In this document: piece by piece, positions 35,614-37,147 of the stretch
Layout: every line of letters begins with the position of its first letter
Numbering within the stretch: the stretch's first letter is position 1
DNA from: an uncultured Rickettsiales bacterium
GTDB lineage: Bacteria; Pseudomonadota; Alphaproteobacteria; Rickettsiales; Deianiraeaceae
Length of the DNA stretch: 37,147 bases
NCBI GenBank assembly: GCA_937906355.1
Contig: CALCWF010000191.1
Location: 1-37,147, forward strand
Direction of reading: 5' to 3'
Notes under the pieces: model-generated
Database searches by the model: none
Seen by the model: only the letters and a program-made list of their open reading frames with translations
Told to the model about the DNA's origin: nothing
Translations under genes and position numbers: made by a program

Positions 35614-36501
35614 CTAATCCATGATCCATGTAATTATAAAATTCAATATCAAGATATGCACGCACGACAAAACAACAGTTAAAATTGTTGTTTTTTTAAT
35701 CCCAACGGCTCCGTCTACTGTATTATTTCCCTCGTAGCATGCTATTAACGATATTACAAGACCGAAGATTATACCTTTAACGATACTCATAAAATAATCT
35801 TGCCATTCGAATCCTTCCCATATTAGACGTAGAAAGTATACGTCCGTGAAGTCATACATTGTTGTTGTCACTATGTAGCTACCGATAATACCGGTTATAA
35901 TTACGATTGTTGTTAGAAGTGGCTGTGCTACTATCATAGACAACACTCTTGGAAAGTATAGAAATCGATATTTATTGACAGACATACTCGTCAGCACGTC
36001 GAGTTGATTATTTGTTGCCATTCCGCCTATTTCTGATGCCATAGACGAGCCTACACGTGAGACTATCATTAGACCGCATAGGACGGGTGCCAGTTCTTTC
36101 ATTAGAGATATCAACACGATATACGGAAGTTTATCGTTTATACCAAACATTTGTAAGCTACTAAAAAGTTGAACGGTTAAAACCGCACCAGTGAAAAGTC
36201 CAGTTAGACCAACGACTGGTATTGAGCAAAAGCCATTGATGCGCATTGAGTCGACGAAATTACTAAAAAAGAATCTTCCACTTAATGCTTTTGTGAAAAG
36301 CATCCACGTAAAAATAATAAATCTTCCAAAAGATGAGACAAAAACGCAAATATTATGTCCTATACTATAAAATAAGCTGTAAATAGCTTCGAATAAACGA
36401 CTTTTACGTATATACGATACGAGAGCAACTCTATTCATAGAGTAGGAATGGTTTGAAAAAAACATAAAAAGCAAGTCTCGTTTCGCTAGGATTTTTTGCA
36501 T
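35614..36501 (-). CDS. mlaE: Phospholipid ABC transporter permease MlaE
   Basis: Polytopic permease with the conserved MlaE core ELAPVLCGLMIVSRVGSSMASEIGGMATNNQLDVLTSM..N...FLYFPRVLSMIVAQPLL. Confidence 0.85.
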   Translation of the reverse strand: MQKILAKRDLLFMFFSNHSYSMNRVALVSYIRKSRLFEAIYSLFYSIGHNICVFVSSFGRFIIFTWMLFTKALSGRFFFSNFVDSMRINGFCSIPVVGLTGLFTGAVLTVQLFSSLQMFGINDKLPYIVLISLMKELAPVLCGLMIVSRVGSSMASEIGGMATNNQLDVLTSMSVNKYRFLYFPRVLSMIVAQPLLTTIVIITGIIGSYIVTTTMYDFTDVYFLRLIWEGFEWQDYFMSIVKGIIFGLVISLIACYEGNNTVDGAVGIKKTTILTVVLSCVHILILNFIITWIMD

Positions 36502-36536
36502 TTATTGTTATAGAAAAATTTTCATGCTATCGTAAT

Positions 36537-37117
36537 TTACTTTTGTAAATTGCTTTTAGTAGCGTTAGGTTTTACGTTCTTTTTGTCTTTAACGACGATT
36601 TTTTCGATTGATAAATTGTGGTTTGTGTAAATACATAGATCGCCGGCTATTTTCATTGACTTCCTGACAATATTTTCAGCATTGAGATTTGTATTCTCGT
36701 ACAATGCTCGAGCCGAGGCGATAGCGAAGACACTTCCGCTACCAACGGAGGTTATATGTTTATCCTCTGGTTCTAGAATATTTCCATCTCCAGACAGAGA
36801 TAGAATTATATTTCCATCCGTAACTATGATTGAAGATTCTAAGTTTCTGATGTATTTATCTGTTCTCCACTCCTTTGCGAGTTCGTAGCACGCTCTTTCC
36901 AAATCGTCATATTGTTCTACTTTTTTTTCTAATCTATCGATAACACTTTTGTTATGAACTATTTCCCCAAGACAATAAATTGAACTTTCATTTTTAGTGT
37001 TTTATTATTTATGTTTATATTTCTATTTGAGATATATTGCTTATGCAAATGTGTTGTTGATTCTTTTGCTGGATAAATTATTACTCTTGGTTGAGGAGAG
37101 TCGTTGTAATTATTCAT
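36537..37117 (-). pseudogene. hslV: HslV (ClpQ) peptidase gene, intact C-terminal two-thirds but N-terminal part out of frame or degraded
   Basis: 36537-36902 encodes ELAKEWRTDKYIRNLES...SVGSGSVFAIASARAL...IAGDLCIYTNHN, a clear HslV C-terminal region. That frame is open up to 37001 but has no start codon above the TTG at 36902. A 52-aa ORF in another frame (37117-36959, MNNYNDSPQPRVIIYPAKESTTHL...NKTLKMKV...) looks like a shortened remnant of the catalytic N-terminus. No hslU follows. Confidence 0.5.
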
Positions 37118-37147
37118 TGATTTATATTCATCATTTATTTGAAAATT

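Noticed and set aside
1-37147. A search for CRISPR arrays, rRNA genes, IS elements, transposases, integrases, and tmRNA, RNase P or SRP RNA signatures.
   Set aside because: I saw no regularly spaced direct repeats with unique spacers. I saw no transposase- or integrase-like ORFs. None of the conserved RNA core motifs I can recall appeared in any intergenic region.

Overview
AT-rich chromosomal segment, roughly one-third G+C by eye, from what looks like a reduced obligate-intracellular alphaproteobacterium. It resembles Rickettsiales: archaeal-type ValRS, scattered rvh-style type IV secretion genes (a virB2-like pilin and virB9), and dispersed mrp antiporter subunits. All calls rest on motif recognition from the translated ORFs; no database search was possible.

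Most genes are housekeeping: lpdA (5'-partial), valS, a 2Fe-2S ferredoxin, rpe, hisS, an MtaD-like amidohydrolase, dnaK, tRNA-Pro(UGG), mrpE/mrpF/mrpB, pyrG, der, dnaE, ftsK and mlaE.

Accessory or unusual content:
1. A compact restriction-modification-like island at 29.2-32.5 kb between dnaE and ftsK. It has an EcoRI-methylase-like NPPF enzyme, a small PD-X12-ExK protein and an SPPF methyltransferase. A perfect 27-bp palindrome abuts the start codon of the second methylase. This is the most system-like unexplained locus in the window.
2. A lone, apparently intact phage terminase large-subunit gene.
3. A VirB2/TrbC-like pilin carrying a cysteine-rich extra domain.
4. A twice-frameshifted ImmA/IrrE metallopeptidase pseudogene next to tRNA-Pro.
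5. An N-terminally disrupted hslV with no hslU downstream.
6. Several orphan coiled-coil or acidic proteins, one behind a consensus sigma70 promoter.
7. Low-complexity N/K/D/E-rich insertions inside conserved proteins.

No rRNA, CRISPR array, IS element or transposase was seen.
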